A stretch of 64,000 nt of DNA from Desulfurivibrionaceae bacterium (GCA_041675265.1 JBAYUD010000005.1:11222-75221); one strand, 5' to 3'. Counted from the first letter of the stretch, positions 29,860 through 39,659 are shown. The notes: generated by a model from the sequence alone, not told the origin. Made by a program: numbers and translations.

Positions 29860-31103
29860 GCGCCGCCTCCCTGCTTGGTGTCGGCGGCCCGGGCCACGCT
29901 CTGCATTGTGCGGACGCCGCGCAGCTCTTCTTCGGTGTAGAGCAACCGGGGCAAAGGGTTGACGCCTTCGTTCACTGCCTGTTGCACCACCTTGTGGATC
30001 TCGAAAAATTCCTCGCTGCTGATATCCCTGCCGCCCAACCCTCCGACAAAGGAGGCGAGTACGGGCGGCGCCTCCGCCATCCCGTACAGGGCGGAGGCCA
30101 GCTCCCCATGCAGGATGCCGCCCTTGCCCGGGGAAAGATTCTGGTCGATCACGGCAACCGCTTTTTTGCCTGCCAACGCCTCACGCAAGGGTGCGGCCGG
30201 GAAGGGCCGCACCAGCCGGGGCCGCACCAGCCCCACCTTTTTGCCCGCCTCGCGGAGCCGGTCCACCGCCTCCTTGGCTTTGGTGGCAAAGGAGCCGATC
30301 ATCACCAAGACGATCTCGGCATCCTCGCTTTTGTAACACTCCAGAGCGGTGTAGCTCCTGCCGAACAATCCGGCAAACTCTTGCCCCAATTCCTCGTAGA
30401 CCGCAAGCCCTTGCAGGGAGGCGAGATGCGCCTGGTAACGGAAATAGGAGTAGGCCGACCCCTCCAGCACCGCCACCCCTTCGCTCAGGGGTTCGCCCCC
30501 CCGGAAACGGATCGAGCCCGGGTTGAAGGGGGGGAGGAACCGATCCACCTCCGCCTGGCTGGGAATCAGCACCGGCTCCCGGGTAAAGGAGAGGTAGAAG
30601 CCATCCAGGTTGACCAGTACCGGCAAGCGCACCGTGGGGTGCTCGGCCAGCCGGTAGGCGATGAGCAGGTTGTCCAGCACCTCCTGGCAGGTGGCGCAGT
30701 GGAGCTGGAGAAAGCCGCAATCCCGCATGGCCAGGACATCGTTGTGGTCCGGCTCCAGGGTGATGGGCGAGGAGAGACCCCGGGAGACATTGACCATTAC
30801 CAGGGGCACCCGCCAACCTGCCACGGTGTAGAGCATCTCCGTGGCATAGAGCAGGCCCTGGCTCGAGGTGGCGGTGAAGACCCGCACCCCGGTAACCGCC
30901 GCGGCGCCCGCGGCGGTGAGCATGGAGTGCTCGGACTCCAGGGTGACCATGCGGCATTCCAATTCCCGGCCTTCGATCCAGCTCCCGAGGGTTTCGATGA
31001 TCTCGGTCTGGGGGGTGATGGGAAAGGCGGGCAGATAGTCGATTCTGGCCAGCCGCGCCCCCCAGGCCGCAGCGCCGTTGCCGGTGAGCAATTTCCGGGT
31101 CAT
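29856..31103 (-). CDS. 2-oxoacid:ferredoxin oxidoreductase alpha subunit
   Basis: FPITPQTEIIE, ESEHS, ATSSQGL; ATG 31103 overlaps the upstream stop. Confidence 0.92.
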   Translation of the reverse strand: MTRKLLTGNGAAAWGARLARIDYLPAFPITPQTEIIETLGSWIEGRELECRMVTLESEHSMLTAAGAAAVTGVRVFTATSSQGLLYATEMLYTVAGWRVPLVMVNVSRGLSSPITLEPDHNDVLAMRDCGFLQLHCATCQEVLDNLLIAYRLAEHPTVRLPVLVNLDGFYLSFTREPVLIPSQAEVDRFLPPFNPGSIRFRGGEPLSEGVAVLEGSAYSYFRYQAHLASLQGLAVYEELGQEFAGLFGRSYTALECYKSEDAEIVLVMIGSFATKAKEAVDRLREAGKKVGLVRPRLVRPFPAAPLREALAGKKAVAVIDQNLSPGKGGILHGELASALYGMAEAPPVLASFVGGLGGRDISSEEFFEIHKVVQQAVNEGVNPLPRLLYTEEELRGVRTMQSVARAADTKQGGGA

Positions 31104-32017
31104 GGCGTTTCCCCCTGGGCCGCGGCTTCCTCTTCGGGCACGGCACTGATGGCATGGGCAGGGCACTGGGCCAGACAGATCAGGCATCCCTTGCAGTGAC
31201 CATAATCGATGCGCGGCCTGCGCTCGTCATCCACCTGGATGGCGCCCTCCGGGCAGAAGGTGGAGCAGATCCACCAGCAGCGGTTGCAGCGGGATCCATC
31301 GATTATCGGCCTTTCCGTCCGCCAAAGGCCGGTTTGCGACAGCTCGCTGGTGGCTGCGGCATGGATGGCCGGGGCGCTTAAAAGTGGCTCCTCGCAGGCA
31401 AGGGTCAGCCAGCCGGGCGGCGTGTACTCCTCGGCGGAAATCGGGCCTCCTTCGTGTACCGCGCCGCGATGCGCGGCCAGGGAAGCATAGGCCGTGCGGG
31501 CCACGCCGAGATTGATTGCCACCAGCTCCGGACCCAGGGGGGCAAGCTCTTCTTGCACCGCCTCGGCGAGAAGGTCGATGTTCAGCTCGCTGATCAGGGC
31601 CGCGGCCCCACCGGCGCAGGCAGCGCCGCGGAAGCGCAGTTCGTTTTCAGGCAAACCAGGCAGGGTGAAGACCGGCCCTTGCAGGTTGAGGCGTTCCCGC
31701 CAGAGGGATGGTTTTTCGTGGCTGTGGATGAGAAAGGCTGTTTGCGGCTGAGCGCCGGAAAGCACGCCTGCGCCGGGCATGGCCAAGAGATGGTCGTCGG
31801 CGACGATGATGAGGTCGGGGCGGCTGATGACGCCGCGTTCGAGGATGGGCGTCCGGCCGGCGCGGACATAGGCAAAGATCGGCGCGCCCCGCCGTTCCGC
31901 GCCGTAGCGCGGGGCATCCTGCACCTCAAAGCCGGCCAGGAAAAAGACACTGCCGAGGATGCGGCCGGCGGTTTTCATGCCCTGGCCGCCGCGGCCGTGC
32001 AAGCGGATGCGGTACAT
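31100..32017 (-). CDS. 2-oxoacid:ferredoxin oxidoreductase fused gamma-delta subunit
   Basis: HGRGGQG, YGAERRGAP, then a 2[4Fe-4S] ferredoxin (CNRCWWICSTFCP; CKGCLICLAQCP). Confidence 0.92.
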   Translation of the reverse strand: MYRIRLHGRGGQGMKTAGRILGSVFFLAGFEVQDAPRYGAERRGAPIFAYVRAGRTPILERGVISRPDLIIVADDHLLAMPGAGVLSGAQPQTAFLIHSHEKPSLWRERLNLQGPVFTLPGLPENELRFRGAACAGGAAALISELNIDLLAEAVQEELAPLGPELVAINLGVARTAYASLAAHRGAVHEGGPISAEEYTPPGWLTLACEEPLLSAPAIHAAATSELSQTGLWRTERPIIDGSRCNRCWWICSTFCPEGAIQVDDERRPRIDYGHCKGCLICLAQCPAHAISAVPEEEAAAQGETP

Positions 32018-32032
32018 GGCTCCTCCTTTCCT

Positions 32033-33145
32033 TTAGAAAATCCCCCACCGCTTATAGGTCATGGCCCGTTCCACCCGGCGGGTGGCCAGATTGATCGCGG
32101 CCTGCCGGGGCATGATCGCATCCTGCCTGGCCTCCACCAGCACCTGCTGGGTGTTGTCGCGGATTTTTTCGGCAATGGCGCGGAAGGCCTCGGTCTGGGT
32201 GGAGCCGTGGTACTCCATGGCCGCGCAGATCACCCCGCCGGCATTGGCGATGAAATCCGGCAGACAGAGGACGCCCCGGTCATGGAGATAGTGCTCCGCG
32301 CCGAGGGTTAGGGGGATATTGGCGCCCTGGGCCACCAGCCTGGTTTTCAGCCGGTGGATATTGTTTTCATGCAGCACATCGGGACGGGCTGCCGGTACCC
32401 AGATCTCGCATTCCAGATCGATGATCGCGTCCCGGTCCGCCTTGCAGCCCCCGGGATAATCCAGGACCGAGCCGCCCTGGTTCTTGATGCGGATCAGCTC
32501 CTCAATCTTGATCCCGGCCGGGTCATGGAGGGTGCCCCTTGAATCGGAGGCCCCCACCAGGCTCACCCCCCGCTCGGCGAGAAAGCGGGCGGTATGCTTG
32601 CCCACCGCGCCGAACCCCTGCACCACCAAGCGGGCGCCGGTGAGGGAGAAATCGCAAAAAGGAATGGCCGTCTCCACGGCCTGGCACAGTCCCCAGCCGG
32701 TGGCGCCGAGCCGGTCCAGGGGGATGCCGCCCACCTCGCAGGGCAAGCCGACCGAACGGCCGATCTCGTCCTTGACCCAGGCCATGCACTCTTCGTTGGT
32801 GCCCATGTCCGGCCCGAAGATGTAGTCCTCCTCCCGGCGCAAGGCAAAGGCAAAGGCGCGGATCAACCGTTCCTTGTCGGCCCGGTCCATCTTCGGGTCG
32901 CCCTGGAGCACGGATTTGCCGCCGCCGTGCGGAAGGCCCGCGGCCGCGTTCTTCATCGTCATGGCCCGGGCCAGACGGGCGCATTCACCGGTGCTGACGT
33001 CCTCGGCCATGCGCAAGCCGCCGATGGCGGGGCCGCAGGCCACGTTGTCCACCACCAGCACGCCCTTCAGGCCGAGTTGCGGCTGGGAGACATGGATCAC
33101 CTTGGCCGGGCCCAGTACATCCCCGAGAGCAAAAATATCCTCCAT
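32033..33145 (-). CDS. Glu/Leu/Phe/Val dehydrogenase
   Basis: IGGLRM, GGGKSV, GPDMGT, QGFGAVG, PDFIANAGGV. Confidence 0.93.
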   Translation of the reverse strand: MEDIFALGDVLGPAKVIHVSQPQLGLKGVLVVDNVACGPAIGGLRMAEDVSTGECARLARAMTMKNAAAGLPHGGGKSVLQGDPKMDRADKERLIRAFAFALRREEDYIFGPDMGTNEECMAWVKDEIGRSVGLPCEVGGIPLDRLGATGWGLCQAVETAIPFCDFSLTGARLVVQGFGAVGKHTARFLAERGVSLVGASDSRGTLHDPAGIKIEELIRIKNQGGSVLDYPGGCKADRDAIIDLECEIWVPAARPDVLHENNIHRLKTRLVAQGANIPLTLGAEHYLHDRGVLCLPDFIANAGGVICAAMEYHGSTQTEAFRAIAEKIRDNTQQVLVEARQDAIMPRQAAINLATRRVERAMTYKRWGIF

Positions 33146-33421
33146 GCCCCTCCTCCTCTTCCATGCCGGAGTCCGGCGTTTTCCGGCAACGATCCCGGCG
33201 CGGACGCAAAGACTCTTTTCTTTCAGTACAGCACAAGGGGGGAAGCGTTGTCAAATCCAATCAGCGGTCGGTGCGGAGCGGTTTTTTCCGGAGCGGCGGA
33301 ATCGGAATCGTGCCGGTTTTTTTTCATGGTGTTTTTGGCTTTATGTCGGGGTAATATCTTGATAGGGTGATTCCTTGAACGTACCCGGGAACTCCAAGCT
33401 TACCCCGCGCTTTGCCGCGTT

Positions 33422-34147
33422 ATGCGAGAAACGGACATGAACCAATGGAACCAACTCACGGATGTTTTTGGATGCAAGTGGAGTGAAGACGCCATCCCGG
33501 AGTGCGCCGCCGACAATATCTGTATTGCCTGGCCCTCGATTATTCATTGCATTGAAAAGGTTTTTGGCAAGCCAAGCCGGCTCAATGCGTTGGATTTCGG
33601 CTGCGGAGGCGGGCTGTTTTGCCGGAAACTGCACGAAATGGGCTTTGCGGTAACGGGTTACGACGAGTCGGAAGACCTTGTCGAAGCGGCCCGTGTCAAT
33701 GTCCCCGAGGGGGTGACGGTAACCAACTCGGCCACTCTCGCGGCACAGCGGGGCAGGTATGACTTGATAACTTCCATAATGGTGCTGCAATTTGTCGAGG
33801 ATATCGAAGCAACGGCGGAAAAGATCATCTCCCTCTTAAAGCCCGACGGGTTACTCGTCTCTGCTGTTTTCAACCCCGAATTCATAGAAGAAAACTCGGG
33901 CGATACTGTTTTTACGGGGTTCAGGGATGGCCGGACCGGGTATATGGAGCTGAAAAAAGGGGTGAGGATCCCTGTGTGCAATCGGACCGACTCGGAATAC
34001 CGGGATATTTTCGAGAGGTTCGGCTGCAAGGAGATATATCGCGACCTTCCTCATTTCACCGCGGAGTTTCTTGGCAAATACACGATGCCGTTTTCAACCG
34101 AAAAACCGGAATATCTCATCCAGGCCTTTAGGAGAGATGGAAGATAA
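33422..34147 (+). CDS. Class I SAM-dependent methyltransferase
   Basis: LDFGCGGG motif I, GYDES, YDLITS. Confidence 0.8.
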   Translation: MRETDMNQWNQLTDVFGCKWSEDAIPECAADNICIAWPSIIHCIEKVFGKPSRLNALDFGCGGGLFCRKLHEMGFAVTGYDESEDLVEAARVNVPEGVTVTNSATLAAQRGRYDLITSIMVLQFVEDIEATAEKIISLLKPDGLLVSAVFNPEFIEENSGDTVFTGFRDGRTGYMELKKGVRIPVCNRTDSEYRDIFERFGCKEIYRDLPHFTAEFLGKYTMPFSTEKPEYLIQAFRRDGR

Positions 34148-34270
34148 GTCGCAAGTTCGGCGGACTTGCTTTTTTATCCGAGAGCGGCAATGCTAAGTTG
34201 TACGCAATGCAACGCGAGATAGGTTTTTTTCAGTTTTTTCATTATCCAGCGGCCATCACGGAGGGAGAAA

Positions 34271-35455
34271 ATGTCTCAGCCCGAAAATACGTTCCCGCCC
34301 AAGGAAATAGCCCTGCTTGAGATGCTTTCCCTGGTGTACGAGGAAATGGATATCGATGCCATCGAGGAGCGCTTTGTCAATCTTACCGCCGAGATCTTCG
34401 GTTTTGACCGGGTGGGCCTTTTTTTCGTGAAACATCGCAAGGGAATGTTGCAGGGAAAACTGTGCCGGGGGTTTGACGCGGGGACCATCAGCTCTCTCCA
34501 GATTCCGGTGACGGCCGACAACCTGTTGACCAGACCGCTGGTGACAGGGTTTCCTGTTTTCAATAAGGAGGCGGCGGCAGCCGATCCCTACATTCTTAAG
34601 ATGGGCCTGACGAATTTTGCCCTTGTTCCCATCGTGAACAAGAAGCGCCTTTCCTGTTGGCAGATCCTCAAATGCTACAAGAACGAGTGCCCGGCGTTCG
34701 GCAAGCGATGGCTGCGCTGCTGGCTGGTGCCGGGAACCAAGTGCGGCGATATTCCCATGGATGATCGCGGGCAAAAAGAGCAAATGTGCCGGGAGTGCGA
34801 GGTCTATGCCCAACAGGATGTCGATGCCGTCGAAGGGGTGATGGTGGTCGACAACTCGGTTTCGGATCGCCCCATTGATTCGGAACAGGTGACCCTGCTC
34901 TCCATCGTCGCCCACGCGGTGGGCGGGGCGATCAACAACGCCAAGGTCTATTCCCGGACCTTACGGGAGTCGATACATGACGAACTCACCGGCCTTTACA
35001 ACAGGCGTTTCTTCAACGAGCGGCTGCTGGATGAAGTGGAGCGGACAAGGAGATATGGCGGCCATTTCAGTCTCGTTATCTGTGATATAGACCTCTTCAA
35101 ACGGGTCAACGATACCTATGGCCATCCGGTCGGGGACCGGGTCTTGATGCAAGTCGCCTCGGTGCTCCAGAACAGTATCCGCGGCAGCGATATGGTGTGC
35201 CGCTATGGCGGCGAGGAGTTTGCCGTGCTGCTGCTCAATTCCGGCAAGGAGCTCGCCTGCGGCCTTGCGGAACAGCTGCGTAACAAAATAGCCGCCACCC
35301 CCATGGCTGACCTTGGAGGGGAGAGTATCACGGCAAGTTTTGGGGTCGCCAGCTTCGGCGAAGACTCCATCTCCTTCGAGGGGCTCCTGAGCAAGGCGGA
35401 TCAGGCCCTGTACCAGGCCAAGACCGGGGGGCGCAATCAGGTGCGGACGCTGTGA
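34271..35455 (+). CDS. GAF + two-CW + GGDEF diguanylate cyclase
   Basis: GAF-like N-terminus, Cys/Trp insert, DELTGLYNRR, DIDLFKRVND, RYGGEEF. Confidence 0.92.
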   Translation: MSQPENTFPPKEIALLEMLSLVYEEMDIDAIEERFVNLTAEIFGFDRVGLFFVKHRKGMLQGKLCRGFDAGTISSLQIPVTADNLLTRPLVTGFPVFNKEAAAADPYILKMGLTNFALVPIVNKKRLSCWQILKCYKNECPAFGKRWLRCWLVPGTKCGDIPMDDRGQKEQMCRECEVYAQQDVDAVEGVMVVDNSVSDRPIDSEQVTLLSIVAHAVGGAINNAKVYSRTLRESIHDELTGLYNRRFFNERLLDEVERTRRYGGHFSLVICDIDLFKRVNDTYGHPVGDRVLMQVASVLQNSIRGSDMVCRYGGEEFAVLLLNSGKELACGLAEQLRNKIAATPMADLGGESITASFGVASFGEDSISFEGLLSKADQALYQAKTGGRNQVRTL

Positions 35456-35549
35456 CGCCTCGCGTCTTTTCCAGGACCTGAAAAACGGCCGTTCGCACAA
35501 CCGGTTTCATTCTTATGGGTTCAACAGGCATCCGATGAGGGTGTGAGCC

Positions 35550-36329
35550 ATGATCATCAATTTTGGGGGAAACCTGAAAGAGCTGTTGCGGCCCCAATTC
35601 AGGGGGCTGAGCCGGATTGAGTACCAACTGACCCGCCAGGCTTCGGTCAAGGATATTATCGAAGCCTGCGGCGTTCCCCATACCGAGGTCGGACGCCTTA
35701 CCGTTGCCGGCCGAGAGATCCCTTTTTCCTGGCCCGGCGTAGATAGTGACATCCTGGAGGTCCATCCCCTGTGCGCTCCCGTGGATGTGTCGTCCCCAAC
35801 CCTGCTTCGGCCGGAGGTTTTGGGCGCCGTCACCTTTGCGGTGGATATGAACGTCGGCAAGCTGGCCACCCTGCTGCGCATGGCAGGTTTCGACACCTTT
35901 TACAGGAATGACATCTCCGATCCGGACCTGATCGCGGTTGCGCTACGGGAAAAGCGCATCCTGTTGAGCAAGGACACGGATCTTCTAAAACGCAAAGAGG
36001 TTGTTTTTGGGTATCTCGTTCGAGAAATCCATCCGGAAAAACAACTGGCCGAAATTGTCCATCTCTACGGAATCAAAGAACAATTCAAGCCGTTAAGCCG
36101 ATGCCTGCGCTGCAATGGGGAGTTGCAGCCGGTCGGCAAGCAGGAGATCATCGACCAGCTGGAGCCGCTCACCAAGAAATACTACGACTCTTTTCGCCGG
36201 TGCCGGGGGTGTGGCAAGATCTACTGGCCGGGCAGTCATCGGGACAAGATGCTGCGGATGCTGGGCCGGTATGGCGAGTATCGCGATCTTGCCTGGCCGG
36301 AAGGGAGTCAACCGAAAAAGATCGCCTGA
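35550..36329 (+). CDS. Mut7-C RNase (PIN-like) protein with N-terminal ubiquitin-like domain
   Basis: SVKDIIEACGVPHTEV; DMNVGKLA..LRMAGFDT; C-terminal RCLRCN..CRGCGKIYWPGSH Zn ribbon. Confidence 0.88.
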   Translation: MIINFGGNLKELLRPQFRGLSRIEYQLTRQASVKDIIEACGVPHTEVGRLTVAGREIPFSWPGVDSDILEVHPLCAPVDVSSPTLLRPEVLGAVTFAVDMNVGKLATLLRMAGFDTFYRNDISDPDLIAVALREKRILLSKDTDLLKRKEVVFGYLVREIHPEKQLAEIVHLYGIKEQFKPLSRCLRCNGELQPVGKQEIIDQLEPLTKKYYDSFRRCRGCGKIYWPGSHRDKMLRMLGRYGEYRDLAWPEGSQPKKIA

Positions 36330-36398
36330 TTCCCCGGAATTAAGTATGGTGCCCGCCTACTTGTTGCCTGCCTGAAGTCCTGTTAAGAAAAATGGAGA

Positions 36399-37076
36399 AT
36401 GATGCCTTTGCTTGAGATGAGCGGTTTGGCCGCGGCCCGGAAGGAATGGGGGGCCGAGATGCCGATTGCCCCGGAAGAGAACTTCGTCAACAACGTGTAT
36501 TCTGCCGTGGATGCGGCGACTGCCTGCGAATTGCTGCGGCTGCGCAGCGAAGATGGCGTTGTGTCAAGTTGCAAGTCGGGCTGTTGCCACTGCTGCCGCT
36601 ATCATATCCTGACCAACATTGCCGAGGCCCACACCCTGGCGCAATACGTCAAACGGGAATTGTCCGCGGAACAGATAAACGATCTGCGGATGCGAACCCA
36701 ACAGTGGCATGAGTGGGATAATTCCAGGCCGGGCAGGCCGTCGGCCATCATCAACGAGCAGACGGATCTTTCCGGCTACGAGCATTGCTGCCCTCTGGTG
36801 GTCGATGGGGCCTGCAGCGTCTATCCGGTGAGGCCGGTGGTGTGCCGGGCGCATTTTGTCTCGTCACCTTCCCGATACTGCAATGCGGCAAATGATCCCG
36901 GCTCCGGGGAAGATGCTCCGGTGGTGCTCAAAACCGTGGTGGCGGCGGCAGGGCCGTTTTCCTTGGTGATGCGGGATCACATCGAGGAGGCAGGCCTGGA
37001 TTTCAGCCGGACACTCATGCTGCTGCCGCAATGGCTGGCCATTGAGATGGGGTGGGATTTCGCCATCGCGCCATGA
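36399..37076 (+). CDS. YkgJ-family cysteine-cluster protein
   Basis: CKSGCCHCC and CPLVVDGACSVYPVRPVVCR. Confidence 0.8.
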   Translation: MMPLLEMSGLAAARKEWGAEMPIAPEENFVNNVYSAVDAATACELLRLRSEDGVVSSCKSGCCHCCRYHILTNIAEAHTLAQYVKRELSAEQINDLRMRTQQWHEWDNSRPGRPSAIINEQTDLSGYEHCCPLVVDGACSVYPVRPVVCRAHFVSSPSRYCNAANDPGSGEDAPVVLKTVVAAAGPFSLVMRDHIEEAGLDFSRTLMLLPQWLAIEMGWDFAIAP

Positions 37077-37126
37077 TCTCTTGCGGATGTCCGGCCGGGG
37101 GATCATCCGCAAAAGACCCCAACCAT

Positions 37127-37615
37127 TCAGCTGAATTTCGCCAAGGCCTTCTTGGCCGAACTGCGCAGTTCATTCCATGCCCTATCGACCCCCTGCTTGG
37201 TGATGTTCCAGGCATCTTCGCTTGCCGCCGCAAGGCCATGGGATTTTTTCTTGAGATCCTCGATCTTCTTTTCGAGCTTGTGGATGTCGGCGAGGGCCTC
37301 CGTCTTGCCGGCCCCCATGGTTTTCTGTGATTTCTTCTTCAGGTCGGCAAGCTTGGCGGTGAGGGTTTCCAGCTCCGCCTTTATTTTTTTGAGGTAGAGC
37401 TTTTTGGTCTGTTCGTATTTTTTTTCAAGATCCTGCGAGGGCAGGCATGCCTTTCGCCAGGCGCAGGAGAGTTGATTGCAGTAATCCTTTGCCGTTTCAA
37501 AGCAGGGGAAGTTTCCCTCCTTGCTCTGGATGGCCCGGATCAAGTCCACCTTCTTCATTCTTCCGGCCTGGATGCCAAGCTGTTTTGCCTTTTCCTTGAT
37601 TTTCGACATATCCAT
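37127..37615 (-). CDS. Small protein: Rho-N/SAP-like Cys-motif domain fused to a coiled coil
   Basis: MKKVDLIRAIQSKEGNFPCF..CNQLSCAWRKACL then Lys-rich coiled coil; GGAGGG RBS. The rest of the 442-aa track ORF is not believed coding. Confidence 0.7.
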   Translation of the reverse strand: MDMSKIKEKAKQLGIQAGRMKKVDLIRAIQSKEGNFPCFETAKDYCNQLSCAWRKACLPSQDLEKKYEQTKKLYLKKIKAELETLTAKLADLKKKSQKTMGAGKTEALADIHKLEKKIEDLKKKSHGLAAASEDAWNITKQGVDRAWNELRSSAKKALAKFS

Positions 37616-37921
37616 AACGATTCCCTCCCCAAAAAAAGAAAAATTTATCTGCCCTGTTAAAGATGATGGATCATCGAGGCGGAGAATGTCAAGCTGATCT
37701 TTCCACGGAAAAATGGCTGGATACCTCGGAAACCGCATGCCGCAGGGGAGAGGCGGAGGCGCGTAAATAAATCTGATTTGGTCCTTGTGTTTTACCCTGC
37801 GGCTGGATGTATAATTTAAACATGGGGAGTGACCATCATGGCGATACGGACGTGGCCGGTCTGCCCTTGAAAACGTGATGCTGCCTGAAGGTGAACCGCA
37901 CAAGACAAGGAGAGAAACCCT

Positions 37922-38407
37922 ATGGACAAAGGCCAATTTGGAAGAAGGGACCGGCTGATTCAGGAAAAGCGGCATGACACCTACCATGAACGGAGAAAGT
38001 TGCCCGAGCCCACGGTGTGCAGCGAATGCCGGGCCGTGTTTCTGGAAGGCCGCTGGGCGTGGTGGGATCCGGCGGTCAATGCCCATGCCATCGTCTGTCC
38101 GGCCTGCCAGCGGATCAAGGATAATTTTCCGGCCGGCACCCTGGAGATCCGGGGGGGATTTTTCGCAACCCATGGCGAGGAGATCAACAACCTGATCCGC
38201 AACCTGGAGGAGCAAGAGAAAAAAGCGCACCCCATGGAGCGGCTCATGGCCATCACGGCGGAAAAGGACCGCACCCTCGTGACCACCACCGGCATCCACC
38301 TGGCCCGGCGGATCGGCGAGGCCTTGAAAAACGCCTATCAGGGCGAGCTCGATTTTGCCTACGGAGATGGCGAAAAAAGCATCCGCCTCAACTGGGTGAG
38401 GGAATAA
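37922..38407 (+). CDS. Conserved hypothetical protein (BCAM0308-like, Zn-finger motifs)
   Basis: PEPTVCSECRAVF..GRW; CPACQRIKDNFPAG; TTTGIHLARRIGEAL; AAGGAG RBS. Confidence 0.75.
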   Translation: MDKGQFGRRDRLIQEKRHDTYHERRKLPEPTVCSECRAVFLEGRWAWWDPAVNAHAIVCPACQRIKDNFPAGTLEIRGGFFATHGEEINNLIRNLEEQEKKAHPMERLMAITAEKDRTLVTTTGIHLARRIGEALKNAYQGELDFAYGDGEKSIRLNWVRE

Positions 38408-38543
38408 GCCTACGCTCCCGGCCTTGCCGGGGGGAGAAGGGCGGCGTTGTTGCAACAGGGTTCAGGGGACACCTCCCGGATTACATACCATTGAGGGTGG
38501 TGTCCCCCAACCGGTTGCCTTGCTGCCGCAAGGAGGTGATGAC

Positions 38544-39080
38544 ATGGCCAGGAAATCCTTTCCCCTGCCCAAGGTGTACGGCTTGCTCGAGCCGGGGCCG
38601 GTCGTCTTGCTCACCACCGCCCGCGATGGGCGCCCAAACATCATGGCCATGTCGTGGCACACCATGCTCGAGTTCGAGCCGCCGTTGGTGGGTTGCGTCA
38701 TCGGCAATCGCAGTCATTCCTTCGGCCTGCTGCGGGCAACCAGTGAATGTGTCATCAATATTCCCACGGTGGAGATAGCGGAAAAGGTCGTGGGGTGCGG
38801 CAACACCTCGGGGGCGAATCTGGACAAGTTCGCGAGGTTTGGCCTCACGCCCGAGCCTGCCGCGCTGGTCGGCGCGCCGCTCGTCAAGGAGTGCTTTGCC
38901 AATCTCGAGTGCCGGGTGGCCGACACCGGGATGGTGGCCAAGTATTGCCTGTTCGTCCTTGAGGTGGTCAAGGCCTGGATCGATCCCGCGGTGAAAAACC
39001 CGCGGACGATCCACCACCTCGGCAGCGGCAACTTCATGGTCGGGGGAGAAAGGATCAAGTTGAAGTCAAAGATGAAGTAG
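38544..39080 (+). CDS. Flavin reductase-like FMN-binding protein
   Basis: EPGPVVLLTT, NIMAMSW, ECVINIPT, ECFANLECRV; AAGGAGG RBS. Confidence 0.88.
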   Translation: MARKSFPLPKVYGLLEPGPVVLLTTARDGRPNIMAMSWHTMLEFEPPLVGCVIGNRSHSFGLLRATSECVINIPTVEIAEKVVGCGNTSGANLDKFARFGLTPEPAALVGAPLVKECFANLECRVADTGMVAKYCLFVLEVVKAWIDPAVKNPRTIHHLGSGNFMVGGERIKLKSKMK

Positions 39081-39113
39081 TGTCGGGAAGATTCACTCCC
39101 CCTCGCCGTGGCC

Positions 39114-39659
39114 CTATCCCTTCGGCCGGACGGACTTGCTCCGGCATTTGTCCTTTGGCAACCGCCCCTGTTCATGTCCAGCCGGTGCCCCAAACTCCGC
39201 CTCGTACCCCACGGTGAAGCGGCTTGTCGTGCTGTTGCGCAGACTCAGGAAATGCGCATTGTTTGTGTCAAATGGGCAGATCGGCATCACGCAGGGCTCA
39301 AAGCCGAATTTCCGGTAAAAACGGGGGTCGCCTAAAACAAAGACGGCCGTATCCTTGATCGCCTCCTGCCGCAAGGCAAAGCGCAGCAGCTCGGAGCCGA
39401 TTCCCTGGTTTTGAAACTCCGGCTTCACCGCCAACGGCGCCAGATGCAGGCCGCAGACCGTCGAGCCGTTGTAGGCATTGGTAAAGGCGATATAGGCGAT
39501 GACCGCGTTGATGTGAAGACAGACCCATTCATGCATTGGTTTGCCATGCTTGTGCAGGTTTTCCACCAATTGCACCTCATAGGTGGTGCGGGGGAATGCC
39601 TGGCGCAACAGGGCGGCGGCCTTGGGGTAATTTTCCGGGGTGAGTGCACGTATCTTCAC
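39114..39659 (-). CDS. GNAT acetyltransferase (YhbS-like)
   Basis: LAPLAVKPEFQNQGIGSELL, VLGDPRFYRKFGF. Confidence 0.88.
   Translation of the reverse strand: MKIRALTPENYPKAAALLRQAFPRTTYEVQLVENLHKHGKPMHEWVCLHINAVIAYIAFTNAYNGSTVCGLHLAPLAVKPEFQNQGIGSELLRFALRQEAIKDTAVFVLGDPRFYRKFGFEPCVMPICPFDTNNAHFLSLRNSTTSRFTVGYEAEFGAPAGHEQGRLPKDKCRSKSVRPKG

Noticed and set aside
33200-33215. GGACGCAAAG, another c-di-GMP-I fragment
   Set aside because: No P2 hairpin with tetraloop upstream and no P3 downstream.
37616-38455. N-terminal ~280 aa of the 442-aa ORF 37127..38455
   Set aside because: Antisense to the real 37922..38407 gene; a good RBS and start exist at 37615.
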